This document shows, piece after piece, positions 14,099 to 26,750 of a DNA stretch of 64,000 bases. The position numbers were made by a program, and so were the translations under genes. The notes under the pieces were generated by a model that saw only the letters and a program-made list of their open reading frames with translations, was not told the origin of the DNA and did no database searches. The stretch lies in the NCBI RefSeq assembly GCF_001194135.2, contig NC_068983.1, positions 94,694,560 through 94,758,559 on the forward strand, given 5' to 3'. Numbering within the stretch: position 1 is the stretch's first letter; the number at the start of each line of letters is the position of its first letter. The stretch comes from Octopus bimaculoides. Its lineage: Eukaryota.

Positions 14099-14568
14099 TA
14101 TATCTAAACTGATTACTTCTATCAAATAATCCAGTGGAAACAAAAGTAACTATTCATTATGTATTGTAATTAGCATTTAGAATTAATAGAAATAATTGTA
14201 CACTGTNNNNNNNNNNTATGTATTGTAATTAGCATTTAGAATTAATAGAAATAATTGTACACTGTAAAGTTGTCAAACTATATTGCATCATCCTTGTTCA
14301 AATATTAAACACTATGTATTTCTAAAGAAAAGAAAATGAAATTTTTGTGTGAAATAAGCTATACCTGCAACCTGTTATTGTACATTTTGAATACAATGTT
14401 CTTAATTTAATGTATTTATACAACCTAAATATAATTACTGACATGTTTCTTACTACTCCTTGTATGTATGCATAGGTGCCCTTATGTATATGTTGTAGTA
14501 CTGAGTAGGAAAGCAGCAAGAATAATAGTACTAGGTATGAAAGCAGCAGGTATTTAATTATATATTTA

Positions 14569-16453
14569 ACTAGACTACCTGAGTCACCAGGGAAGTCTGA
14601 ATTTCCCATCAATGGAGTTTTTGTTTCATGGGTTTTTTTTTTTTTNNNNNNNNNNNNNNNNNNNNNNNNNNNNNNNNNNNNNNNNNNNNNNNNNNNNNNN
14701 NNNNNNNNNNNNNNNNNNNNNNNAAAAGGAAAGATTTGGCTGCTATTTCTTGCACACCCTGCTACCACATAACCGGTATTTCAGGTCCTTTATTGCAAAT
14801 AGCAGTTACATTGTAGCAGGGCATGCTAGAAATAGCAGCCAAATTTTTAGAGGTGAGATACGTTGAATGCACTCGAAAGAAACCTATAGAAAATATACTA
14901 TTTCACACTGAGGTTACAAACAGGTCTTTTAGGAAATATTTACTATATTTTTAAAGTCATTTTCACTTAAAATATTTGCCCATCATAATGTGTCTAATGG
15001 AAAGGTTAGAGTTTCTTCCCTTTCNNNNNNNNNNTTGCCCATCATAATGTGTCTAATGGAAAGGTTAGAGTTTCTTCCCTTTCAAGGTTAAGTTATTTTT
15101 GGAGTATGCACCATAATGCACCGTTTTGGGTCTTTATACCCTAAAATCCCGAATATCTCAATAACTACTTGTCCGATTTATATGGAACTTGTTTTATTCT
15201 GTTCATATTCACATTTCAGGGGCACTTTACTTTCAAAGTATTTTCCCATTATGTGCTACTTTGGCTGTGTAACATTGCAAGCAGATTGAACTTCACTTTT
15301 AATGTATTACTAGACTACCTGTGACATGTTGGGTCACCAGGAAACTCTGAGTTTCCCAGCAATGGAGTTTTGTTTTGGGAGTTTTTTTTTTTTNNNNNNN
15401 NNNNNNNNNNNNNNNNNNNNNNNNNNNNNNNNNNNNNNNNNNNNNNNNNNNNNNNNNNNNNNNCTCTGAGTTTCCCAGCAATGGAGTTTTGTTTTGGGAG
15501 TTTTTTTTTTTTTCTTTTCCAGGTTTTTTCACATGCTTTCAATGAATGTGTCATTGAAATCACGCATAAATGACTCCTTTCCCCAGAAAAGGAAAGATTT
15601 GACTGCTATTTCTTGCACTCCCTGCTACCACATAACAGGTATTCCAGGTCCTTTTTCACAAATAATTGTTACGTGGTAGCAGGGCATGCTGGAAATAGCA
15701 GCCAAATCTTTGGAGGTGAAATACATTGAAAGCACTCGAAAAAACCTATGGAAAAAATACTATTTTACACTGAGGTTTACGAAATATTTACCGTATTTTT
15801 AAAGTCATTTTCACTTTGAAATATTTTTTGAATATGTCAAGAAAAATTTTTGTAATGATATTCACTTGAAAATAATTTGAAAAAAACATTAAAATATTGT
15901 CTGTTAAAAGAAAGCTAAAATATAAATACTTNNNNNNNNNNACTGTACAAACAGCTTACACTTTTGAAATCACATTCACTTTAAAATATTTCTAAATGAT
16001 TAAAATATTATGTTTAACAAAAACGAAAATAGAAACATTTACTGTAAAAAAGCAAATTGTATACTTTTGTTGTCAAGTCACTGTGTCTAATTGAAAGATA
16101 AGAATTTCTTCCCTTTCAGAATTAAGATTATTTTCGGAATATTTTTCCGAAAACCTCTAATATCTCAAAAGTCACTTGTCTGATTTACACAAAACTTGTT
16201 TCATTCTGTTCATATTAACATTTCAGGGTGTACTTAAGTCATTGTATTTTCTCGTTATGTGCCAGTTTGGCTGGGTAACATTGCAAGCAAGCAAGATTCA
16301 AGCTGACTTTTNNNNNNNNNNNNNNNNNNNNNNNNNNNNNNNNNNNNNNNNNNNNNNNNNNNNNNNNNNNNNNNNNNNNNNNNNNNNNNNNNNNNNNNNN
16401 NNNNNTTTGGCTGGGTAACATTGCAAGCAAGCAAGATTCAAGCTGACTTTTAA
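14569..16453. mobile_element. Two diverged head-to-tail copies of a Helentron/HINE-like element (14569-15308 and 15309-16453)
   Basis: Both start actagactacctg, carry a similar ~120-bp hairpin and an atatctcaa...ttgtc.gattta.a..aactt block, and end ttggctg.gtaacattgcaagca. The superfamily assignment is inference. Confidence 0.45.
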
Positions 16454-16811
16454 TGCGTTATAGATAGATAGATTATATATTACAACTAATGAACAGTAGC
16501 ATTATTGTGATGGATTGATCACTGGTTCACTGCATTTCTTACAGCAAGAATGACAAGAGAAGGTGTGTAAATTTGATGTAGAATAAATATCACAAGAGAC
16601 TATTTGAAAAACACCAGTTTTTTGGTTTCTTGATATTCACATTGTTTGCTGCACTTAGTATCATTCAAACATTTTATACACACATAACTAGTCAACCTGA
16701 GTTTATAGTAAAAGACACTTGTCAAGTTGGTGAACAGTGGGATTGAACCTGGATTTACAGAACTGTAAAAAAACCTTTTAATATAGCTGTGTCTACCCAA
16801 ATAGTAGTATT

Positions 16812-17190
16812 AACTATTTAACATTTAAACTGGCCATATCTAGCCTAAATATTTTACCCATTTTATGTTCAAACCAGCCNNNNNNNNNNNNNNNNNNNNN
16901 NNNNNNNNNNNNNNNNNNNNNNNNNNNNNNNNNNNNNNNNNNNNTTCCATGCTGGCATGGGTTGGACAGTTTGACAGGAGCTGGCCAGGCAGGAACCTGC
17001 ACCAAACTTCTGTGTGTTTTGGCAAGGATTTTACAGCTGGATGTGCTTCCTAACATCAACCACCCAGCAGAGTGCCTCCTACAATGTCATCATAAAAATA
17101 AACAGTCATGTCATAGAAATCTTGAAGCTACAAACTAATGCAGAACAATGTGAATAACTAAGCATTACATTTGACAGAGTAATCTGAACG
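16812..17190. mobile_element. piggyBac-like MITE in reverse orientation, interrupted by an RTE 3' end (~16945-17075)
   Basis: The two halves match the reverse complement of the 35039-35249 element. Confidence 0.55.
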
Positions 17191-17929
17191 AGAAGGCAAT
17201 AGATATTCTAACTGACTGTCTTTACTTGTGGTTTTGTATGTGCAGAGAAACAACAAAATCGAATGTTGTAATTCAATAACATAAGAATAGAAATGAAAAC
17301 ATTAATTAGCAATATGAAAATAGAATTTCAGTGTTGGGAACAAATCATTTTCTTTCTAAAATTTCTTATAATCAAGATGGCGGTTTTATTATTTCTTTTG
17401 GTTCCATTCTAAATGTTTTCTCTCTATGAAAATGAAAGAATTCAGAAAGTACAATTAAAATATCAGTTTTCCACTCCATGGCTTGCTTTTAATATCTATC
17501 ATAAATTCACATCCTGTCACCAGCACTATAATATCTATAATGTCTACGATACTTTAACATCTATAATGTCTACGATACTTTAATTTGTCCCCATTTAAAC
17601 ACGGATGTTTTGTTAGAGCAAACTATACTGCAGTAGTTATCATGAAAGAAACTCTCATAGTGGCTTTTGATGCAAATGCACTCTTGTTTATATTGCTAGT
17701 GGAGAGATGAACCCCACCACCTCTAGTGCTGAGATCACCAGTTCATGTGATTTTGACCTTCCTTGATCTTGTCAATGACGGACACTTGAATGCTAGAGAT
17801 AGCAGCAATTCATTTTCTCCCCAGTGATATATAAACAATGCCAGAACAGGTGCTGGTGTCACAATTAGTCAGTGAGCTTATTAAAAAATATTTATTAGCA
17901 ACAGAGGCAGTATTAATACTAAGATCGTC

Positions 17930-20335
17930 ATCTAACATCTGTTGTCCATGCTGGCATGTGTTGGATGGTTTGACCAGGGTTGGTAAGCTGGGAGGCTACA
18001 CCAAACTCCAGTCTCATTTGGCATGGTTTTCTACAGCTGGATGCCCTTCCTATAGTCAACCACTCTGATAGTGCAATGGGTGCTTTTACATGCCACCAGC
18101 ACGGGTGCCATTTGCATGACACTGGTATCTGCTATGACTACAATTTTGATGGGTCTTCTTCTCAAGCACAACATAATGCCAATGGTCTCGATCATTGCCT
18201 CCATGAGGCCCAACACTCAACTGGAACTCAGCCACTTTACCTCCGTGAGGCCCAATGCTTGAAAGGAACTCAGCCACTTTTCCTCCATGAGGCCCAATGC
18301 TAGAATGGTGTTCTTTCCATGCCACCGGCATCGGTGCCAGTTATGTGACAACCAACATCAGCCATGACTACAATTTTACTTGGCTTGACGTGTCTTCTCA
18401 AGCACAGCATATCGCCAAAGNNNNNNNNNNNNNNNNNNNNNNNNNNNNNNNNNNNNNNNNNNNNNNNNNNNNNNNNNNNNNNNNNNNNNNNNNNNNNNNN
18501 NNNNNNNNNNNNNNNNNNNNNNNNNNNNNNNNNNNNNNNNNNNNNNNNNNNNNNNNNNNNNNNNNNNNNNNNNNNNNNNGCTCTCCTCATCTATACACAT
18601 TACATGACCATACCAGTACAGTCATCTCTTGTACACCACATTTGATGCCTCTTCTACCTAACTTTTCCCTCAAGATGCTTACACTCTGTCAAACATGCAC
18701 ACTAATACTGCACATCCAGTGAAGAATACTGGCTTCATTTCTTTCAAGCCTACACATGTTCTTGGCTGTCACAACCAATGTTTCACTGCCATGTAGCATA
18801 GCTGTTCACACACAGGCATCATACAATNNNNNNNNNNGCTGTTCACACACAGGCATCATACAATCTGCATTTCACTCTAAGAGAGAAGCCCTTTGTTGCC
18901 GAGCTCTCTGAACTTTGCCCAGCCTAATCTTATTCTCACAGCTACACTCTNNNNNNNNNNGCTCTCTGAACTTTGCCCAGCCTAATCTTATTCTCACAGC
19001 TACACTCTCTGAGTATCCACCTATACTACTAACTTGGTCACCTAGATAATGGAAGCTACCTACTACCTCTAGTTTNNNNNNNNNNNNNNNNNNNNNNNNN
19101 NNNNNNNNNNNNNNNNNNNNNNNNNNNNNNNNNNNNNNNNNNNNNNNNNNNNNNNNNNNNNATATTTTCAGCATTTATTGTACCTGTGCATCTTGCACAT
19201 ACAGAAATTAGTTTTCCTCTTAACTTTCCTCTGATGTTGCTGCACCTTTTGTGTTCAAAGCTTACACCGGGTGCATCTTATGGAGTTTCTACCTATGTCT
19301 TTTCTACAGATTGAGCAGNNNNNNNNNNGGTGCATCTTATGGAGTTTCTACCTATGTCTTTTCTACAGATTGAGCAGGACCATCTACCTGATGGGATTTG
19401 TGATTTGTCTGTCTTCCTACTTACCAAGACTGGTTTTTGCTAGGTTGACTCTAAGTCCCTTTGTTTCTAGACATTGCTTCCATACCTGGAACTTCTCTAG
19501 TTCTGGTAGTGATTCAGCTTTAAGAGCAAAGTCATCAACAAGGGCAGCCTGTCTTAAATTCCTCTTTTATTGCCTGGAGGACTATGATGAACAAGAGGGG
19601 GAGGAGCACCAATCCTTGGTGAACCCCTACTTGTACTCTGAATTCTTTGCTGTACTCATTGCCAACCCACACCTTAAAGGTAGCATCCCTGTACATGGCT
19701 TGTACAGCTCTCACCAATCACTCATCTGTCCCTAGTTTCCACATTGACCATCAGATAAGGGATCGGGGGACCCTGTCAAAGGCTTTCTTGAAGTCAACAA
19801 AGGCCAAGTGCAGAGGTTTATCTTTGACTAGGTATTTCTCCTGCAGCTGTCTTACCAGAANNNNNNNNNNNNNNNNNNNNNNNNCTGGCACAAAACCAAA
19901 TTGCATCTCATCTAGGCTAACTCTCTCCCTAATTCGTTGGGCTGTGACTCTCTCCATAACTTTTATCACCTGATCCAACAATTTGATACCTTTGTAATTA
20001 TTTCTATCTAAGGCNNNNNNNNNNCTGATCCAACAATTTGATACCTTTGTAATTATTTCTATCTAAGGCATCACTTTTACTTTTGTAGCAGTCATTTGGT
20101 ATGACTCCTTTGTGGACGACTGATTTACAATACGGGTGACTAGACCATAACTCACACCACCAGATATTTTAAGCATCTCAGCAGTGATTCCCTGTCTTCA
20201 TATCCACATGGATCCACCTTTCCCTGTCTCCATATCCTTAATTACTTTATTTAATAAGGTACTGTCAATTTAGGTAGCTGGTCCCTCAATTGGTTCAACC
20301 AAGAGGTAATATTTATCCCCAGTTAAACATGCACG
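17930..20335 (-). mobile_element. RTE-clade LINE remnant (RT plus 3' UTR)
   Basis: LDQVIKVMERV..QRIRERVSLDEMQFGFVP...LVRQLQEKYL.KDKPLHLAFVDFKKAFDRVPR; GVHQGLVLLPLLFIIVLQAI; conserved 3' UTR block at ~17930-18420. Confidence 0.9.
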
Positions 20336-21272
20336 NNNNNNNNNNTGTTAGAACTTTAAATTTATATTGACTTAGTCCACCTAGTTGCAAGTAGATAACA
20401 TTTAATCCTCTGACCTATTACTGTGCCTGGAGTGCAAAACTGGCGAGTACTTTCTTTGTTTGCAGTTCTAAGTTTAGATATTCCTATAGGCTTGGACTAT
20501 GATATAAACACTATCAACATTGCCCTATTTTCATTAGTGTCACCACTACAAGAAATTTTAACTTGATTTTGGGGAGGATTGCTCATCCTCTTATATATCA
20601 AATATGATAATTCTAGTTTTCTTTTTTGCTTCCCATATTTTACAGATTAAATTTATGACATCATTGTTTCCAGTATAGTCACACTGCAAACACATTCATC
20701 TAGTTACTAAATTTATAGGGTCACTTTATAACCATTTTTAATATTGGAACAACACCATTTCCTTTTCTAAGTTGTGATGGCTAAAAAAACTAAAGAACGT
20801 TTATCAAAATATTAACTGACATGTAATAATACATATCACAGACAAATATCACTTTGATACCATCTCTTGGTCATGTGATATGTTTTCTGATCTTTACATA
20901 TTTGTTCATGTGGCATGGTGTGACAGGAGCAATTTTTGTGCTTTTATCTCTCACTCTTTATTATTTATATATTTAATTATCACACACTCTCTCTCTGGAT
21001 AAGACTAGAGGTTCTGTCCTAAACATGCATATTTACAATCCACTTGATTTATATTATAAATATTGGTTTCAGTTTTTTTTTTGTTTTTTGTTTTTTTTTG
21101 GTGGGGGTGGGGCTCGATTGCATCAATCCCAGTGTTCTTATTTTATCAACCCCAAAAGCATGAAAAGCAAAGTCAACCTTGGCAGAATTTGAACTCAGAA
21201 CAAGAAGACAGATGAACTGCTGCTAAGCATTTTGCCTGGCATGCTAATGATTCTGCCACTTTATTTCATTGT

Positions 21273-21750
21273 CATCATCATTGTTTAACATCCATTTTCT
21301 ATGCTGGCATGGATTGGATGGTTATTATTCACTCTATTGTTGTTTAGTCTGACCTCAGTCTCTATCAGGCANNNNNNNNNNNNNNNNNNNNNNNNNNNNN
21401 NNNNNNNNNNNNNNNNNNNNNNNNNNNNNNNNNNNNNNNNNNNNNNNNNNNNNNNNNNNNNNNNNNNNNNNNNNNNNNNNNNNNNNNNNNNNNNNNNNNN
21501 NNNNNNNNNNNNNNNNNNNNNNNAGTAATCACATAAAGACCCATTCTTTGTTTATCACTGAACTATCATCATCCAGACTCCAGTTGTCAGTTGTGTCATG
21601 GTTTCTATTGCTGGATGCTCTTCCTAATGCCAACCTCTTTGCAGAGTGTGCTGGGTGCTTTTTATGTGACACTGGCAGGAGTGCATTTTATGTGGCATCA
21701 GCACCTGTAAAGGACAAGCCTGTATATATGGATGACTGCAATTTTACTTA
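21273..21750 (-). mobile_element. RTE LINE 3' end
   Basis: catcatcattgtttaacatccattttctatgctggcatgg...ctggatgctcttcctaatgccaacc family block. Confidence 0.7.
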
Positions 21751-23074
21751 GCTTAAATAATGGTTTCAAATTTTGGCACAGGGCCAGCAATTTTGGGAGA
21801 GGGGTAAGTTGATTACATCAAGCTTAGTGTTCAACTGGTACTTATTTTATTAACTCCAAAAGGATGAAAGGCAAAGTCAANNNNNNNNNNCTTATTTTAT
21901 TAACTCCAAAAGGATGAAAGGCAAAGTCAACCTTGGCAGAGCTGAACTCAGAATGTGAAGCCGGATGAAATGCTGCAAAGCATTTTGCCTGATATGCTAA
22001 TGATTCTGCCAGCTTTCCACTTTATATTATAAATATTGATAAGCCTTTGACATAGAAACAATTGTTCAGCCCCTGCAGTAGCTGTTGTGATGTGTTCCCA
22101 TGATTACATACACCAGTCGACATGACCTGATGTGTCTAGCTGAAAAATATGTGCTAATGTGTGTCATAAACAGAAAGTATATCCTGCAGTTAATTATGTT
22201 TGCTTGCACAGCTTATAAATGTTTGTATATGTAAACCCCATTCCACACATATAAAATAGATAANNNNNNNNNNATAAATGTTTGTATATGTAAACCCCAT
22301 TCCACACATATAAAATAGATAAAATGCACCATAATTTCAACACTGAAATTTTTCAGGATATCACTTTGTCTTTTTTATCCTAACCATCCCAACAGTCCTA
22401 ATTTTTTTAGGCTACATTGACTATTTCATGTTGTTATCGTTGACCTATAATCAACACTTCACCATGTTCAACGAATAAAAAAAAAGGGGGCGGGAGAACA
22501 GATTCCACTGGTATGTAAACTGAAAAGAGTCTGTAATTAATCTAATGAGTAAGTTCCTTTTTCACTGATGAACATTCTGAATTGAATTTATGACCTAGTG
22601 GTGTGTAAGTTAGGCTGACTTTACATACAGTTGAATTATGTAGCAAAATATATAATTCTACTTAGTAGTATTATTAGTTTGTTTATTTTTTGTTATTGAT
22701 TTTGCTTTGTAAATATCAGTTCTTTTTAACTACTCTATTGTTTTAAAACTTCAATATTGTTTAATTTCTTTACTCTCTTTTAATTCCTCCAATGGAAAAA
22801 CATTAAAAATTAGCATAATATGTAAATTTTCTTTGGTTTTTAACTTTTATTATTCACTCTATTGTTGTTTAGTCTGACCTCAGTCTCTATCAGGCANNNN
22901 NNNNNNNNNNNNNNNNNNNNNNNNNNNNNNNNNNNNNNNNNNNNNNNNNNNNNNNNNNNNNNNNNNNNNNNNNNNNNNNNNNNNNNNNNNNNNNNNNNNN
23001 NNNNNNNNNNNNNNNNNNNNNNNNNNNNNNNNNNNNAGTAATCACATAAAGACCCATTCTTTGTTTATCACTGA

Positions 23075-23520
23075 ACTATCATCATCATCATCATATGTCC
23101 ATTATCCATGGATTGGACAGTGTGATCAGAACTGGCAATCTGGGGAGCTGCATCAGTCTCCAGTCAGATTTGGCATGGTTTCTATGGCTGGATGCCCTTC
23201 CTAATGCAAACTACTTTACAGAATGTGTTAGGTGCTTTTATGTGGCACCACACAGGCGTTTTTACATGGCACCATACAAGCACTTTTATGTGACACTGCA
23301 CAGGCACTTTTATGTGTCCCCGCACAGGAGCTTTTACATGATACTTCACAGGAACTTTTATGTGACGCCACATGGGCATTTTTACATGATGCCGCACAGA
23401 CACTTTTACATGTCACTGCATGAGTGCTTTACACCACCAGAAGGATCAGTCTTAACACTTTTGCTGTGGAGTATGGGTCTTCTTGAGTACAGCAAAGCAC
23501 CAGGAATCTCAGTCCTTTGT
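23075..23520 (-). mobile_element. RTE LINE 3' end with an internal 24-bp minisatellite
   Basis: (cat)n tail plus the ctggatgcccttcctaatgc block; ~8 degenerate ttttatgtg.cac..cacaggcac units at 23237-23430. Confidence 0.75.
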
Positions 23521-24470
23521 TTTTGAATACAAAATAGCTGTTTCAATTGTAGTTATTATCATTGCATATTCTTCAGTTCACCTTCCTTACTGTAATTGTT
23601 TGAGATACCAATTCACTTTAGTTTCTCTTGTTGGAAACTAAAAGATTGCAGAGTAATGTCAGCATTTTCTTCATTTCTTACATACAGACAATAAAAAAAA
23701 GTAGACCTCTTTTTATTTTGTTGGTAGAATATCTTCATTTTATGCCCACTTTCCATGCTGGCATGGTTTGAATGAGTTATCATGATTCAGTTCAGTTCCT
23801 ATTTGGAGTAATGACTCTCTTAGACAAATAAGAAAGCAGATTTCATTCACCATTCTGCAGAAGTTGTTTTGTCCCTGGCACTATTTAACAGTTCCCTCTA
23901 CCCTACATTATTTCTGTTTAGTTGTGAATGGTGCAGTGATAATTACACAAGATATGGTTTGTGGATACTGGTTTGAAACAGAATATTCAAATAATATAGA
24001 AGATCCAGTTTGCTACAATAATCACAGCAGAGTTTACTCAAGTGATTGTAAAAATGTACATGTGTCCTTTAGATAATTTGTATTATTGAAAAATTGTGAT
24101 GTCTTACAGCATGCAATTGTATGATATATTACAACATGCACACTGAAGTCTTTCATTTTCCAAATACTGGTAGAAGGAATCAGTGTTGTATTATGTTCAT
24201 ATATACAATCTGTGCTGATTTATCATGTGAGAATGGGATGGAAAATTTAGATTCCTTTCTCATAGATAGCCAAGAATTGTCCATAACATCTGATGGTTAA
24301 ACAAATTTGGCAATGCACATCTTTATACAAGGGATACTTGCAGATAACTTGATCATGAAATTGTGAGACTTTGTTAATTTTTGTAAGGATATGTACTTAC
24401 AGTGGCCTAATCATGAGGCTAACACTGACAGGACAAACCATTTCAAGACAGTAAGGTCTGAGCAGAGAAT

Positions 24471-25018
24471 TGTAGTAACACCACTATAAAAGTATCACTA
24501 ATATTTGTCCTCTCATCCACGTCTCGCAACTTACTCCAAAATAGCCTTCCCATCCCTCCACAAAGCATACAGCTTCATTTTTAGATGACATCACATTCAC
24601 AGCTTCCTTGCCTTTCTCGAGTCACTGTTGCACAATAACTCCAATCCAACTTAAATCACCTTGAAACTCCAGTTCCACAACAGGCTTAAAGAAACACTTA
24701 CCAAGTCTACTGTCTCCCTTCTTATAAGCTACACCAGAATAAGCTACTTCATTTCATATTAAACAACTTAACATTCCACACACACACACAAACAGGAGAC
24801 AAATAGTAGAGGACCACACAACTCCTCTACAATATTCACAAGCATAAAAGAAAGTAAAATGCTCGAGCATGTGGTCACCACACAAACTATAACAACAGTA
24901 TATAAACACTTGATCCATCCGAGACTATTAGTCTTACTTGGGTCCCCAATCTCACTACATCNNNNNNNNNNATCCATCCGAGACTATTAGTCTTACTTGG
25001 GTCCCCAATCTCACTACA
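24471..25018. mobile_element. Solo LTR (Gypsy- or Bel-like)
   Basis: Termini TGTAGT...ACTACA, ~490 bp after removing a gap duplication; an RTE tail abuts the right end. Confidence 0.6.
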
Positions 25019-26750
25019 TCATCATCATCATCAATCATTTTGAATCCAGGTTTTGTCCACTCTAACGGTGGTGGCCGGATCTACCTCAATGCCATAGCAA
25101 CCACCCTCACACCATCTCACCCGGTTTTCGGCATCCTCCCTTCTCAAGCCAACCCTTCCAATCTTCTCTTCCACCTGTCCCCTCCACATTTTCCTCAGTC
25201 TACCTCGCTTTCGTTGTCCATTTACCTCAANNNNNNNNNNAGCACCCTCTTCAGAACATGCTCCTCATCCCTCCTCAACACATGTCCATATCACCAAACT
25301 CCATTTGCCCTTGCCAGCTATTCCACTGATTCCTCCAACCCCAGCATCCCCATCAAGTCCTCAGTCCTCTTATCNNNNNNNNNNCAACCCCAGCATCCCC
25401 ATCAAGTCCTCAGTCCTCTTATCAAACAGCCTCATGCCACACATTTCCCTCACTATTGCTCTCTCAGTCCTTCTCAAAATTGCCATTTTTCTCCCCTCAA
25501 ACACCATGTCTCACTCCCATGCAGTGTTGCAGCTCTCACATAACTCCTATGGACCTTTCCTTTCATCTTCAATGAAAACCTTTTCCCATATAACAACGCT
25601 CCACATTTCCTGAATTTCACCCAGACAAGTCTCGCTCTTGTTGTCACAGCTGCTTCACATCCACCACTTATATGCACCCTATCTCCCAAATAACAAAACC
25701 CTCTCACCATCTCCACCTCATCACNNNNNNNNNNNNNNNNNNNNNNCAGCCCTCCAGCTCCTTTCTCACATCTTCCACAAACAAACTCTCTTGCCAATCT
25801 TGGGGTCACCTTCATTTTCATACATCTACCATGAATCCATTTCTCACCTTTCATACACAACACCACATTNNNNNNNNNNTACATCTACCATGAATCCATT
25901 TCTCACCTTTCATACACAACACCACATTTGCCGTTACCCTCCTCCCACATGCACCACATGGATCCACCTTACTCACTAACACTNNNNNNNNNNACTCACT
26001 AACACTTCTCCTTCCACCCCACTCACCATCACCTTTGTCTTCCCGAGGTTTACCATCAAACCCTTGCTTTCAAACACCTCCTATTTCCAAAACCTCTCAA
26101 TCCCTCCATTGTCTCACTCATCAGAATAATAAATTACAATGAACAGGAAACAGTGCACTACACAAAACAAAAATATTAAAAATGAAAGCCCACTTTGATG
26201 TGTGAGGGGTATAGGTTGTTGTTGCATCAAGCTTCAAAACCTTCCTCCACTCAGTCTCTGTCACTAAATGAAAATTAACTTCCATAACATCCCTGGAGCA
26301 CTATGAAAGCAACTCCCTAAAATAATGCCATCTCGCTCTCTACCCAGACAGGTATGGAAACACATACACACAGAAAAAGCTACACTATCAATAACATTAA
26401 GACACACAACCAATAATAAATGCAGAGGAACAGTAATTGTTGCACTTCTGCTGAGTTTACTTTGCTTACATCTGCTGCAGTCACTAGTAGAATCTTTGGG
26501 CATACAGAAATAGACTGGACAGTGGAAAGAGGGTAGTATATCCAACTTGTTACACTACTCATCTGATTTATCACTGTGCCATCATGTGAAGCATGGTCCT
26601 CAGCTAGACAGAAACTTGTTTAACTGGGAACATGGATCTGTAGGTCACATCTCATCTTTCAGTAAACCACTTGCACACTGGGCTGACTTAGGACTACATA
26701 ACAACAACTTGTCATGACAGACCACATACTAACCACAAGACCTAAATAGT
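25019..26750 (-). mobile_element. RTE-clade LINE remnant (RT C-terminus, (GAT)n tail, possible endonuclease fragment)
   Basis: VEMVRGFCYLGDRV..SGGCEAAVTTRARLVWVKFRKCGALLYGKRFSLKMKGKVHRSYVRAATLHGSETWCL; a (cat)n tail at 25019; a weak endonuclease-like fragment near 26450-26560. Confidence 0.8.

Noticed and set aside
17373-17412. caagATGGCGG YY1/Kozak-like motif as a possible synaptogyrin exon 1
   Set aside because: The ORF is only MAVLLFLLVPF*, with no GAYGAG/FDP motif and no donor site. Synaptogyrin exon 1 was not found in the window.
21325-23085. Identical ~47-bp flanks around two ~150-N gaps (21325-21571 and 22847-23085)
   Set aside because: The first copy interrupts an RTE 3' end at an unnatural point; most likely the same contig was placed twice by the scaffolder.
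23237-23430. Regularly spaced 24-bp units resembling a CRISPR array
   Set aside because: Degenerate tandem units with no unique spacers, inside a eukaryotic LINE 3' UTR, and no cas genes.
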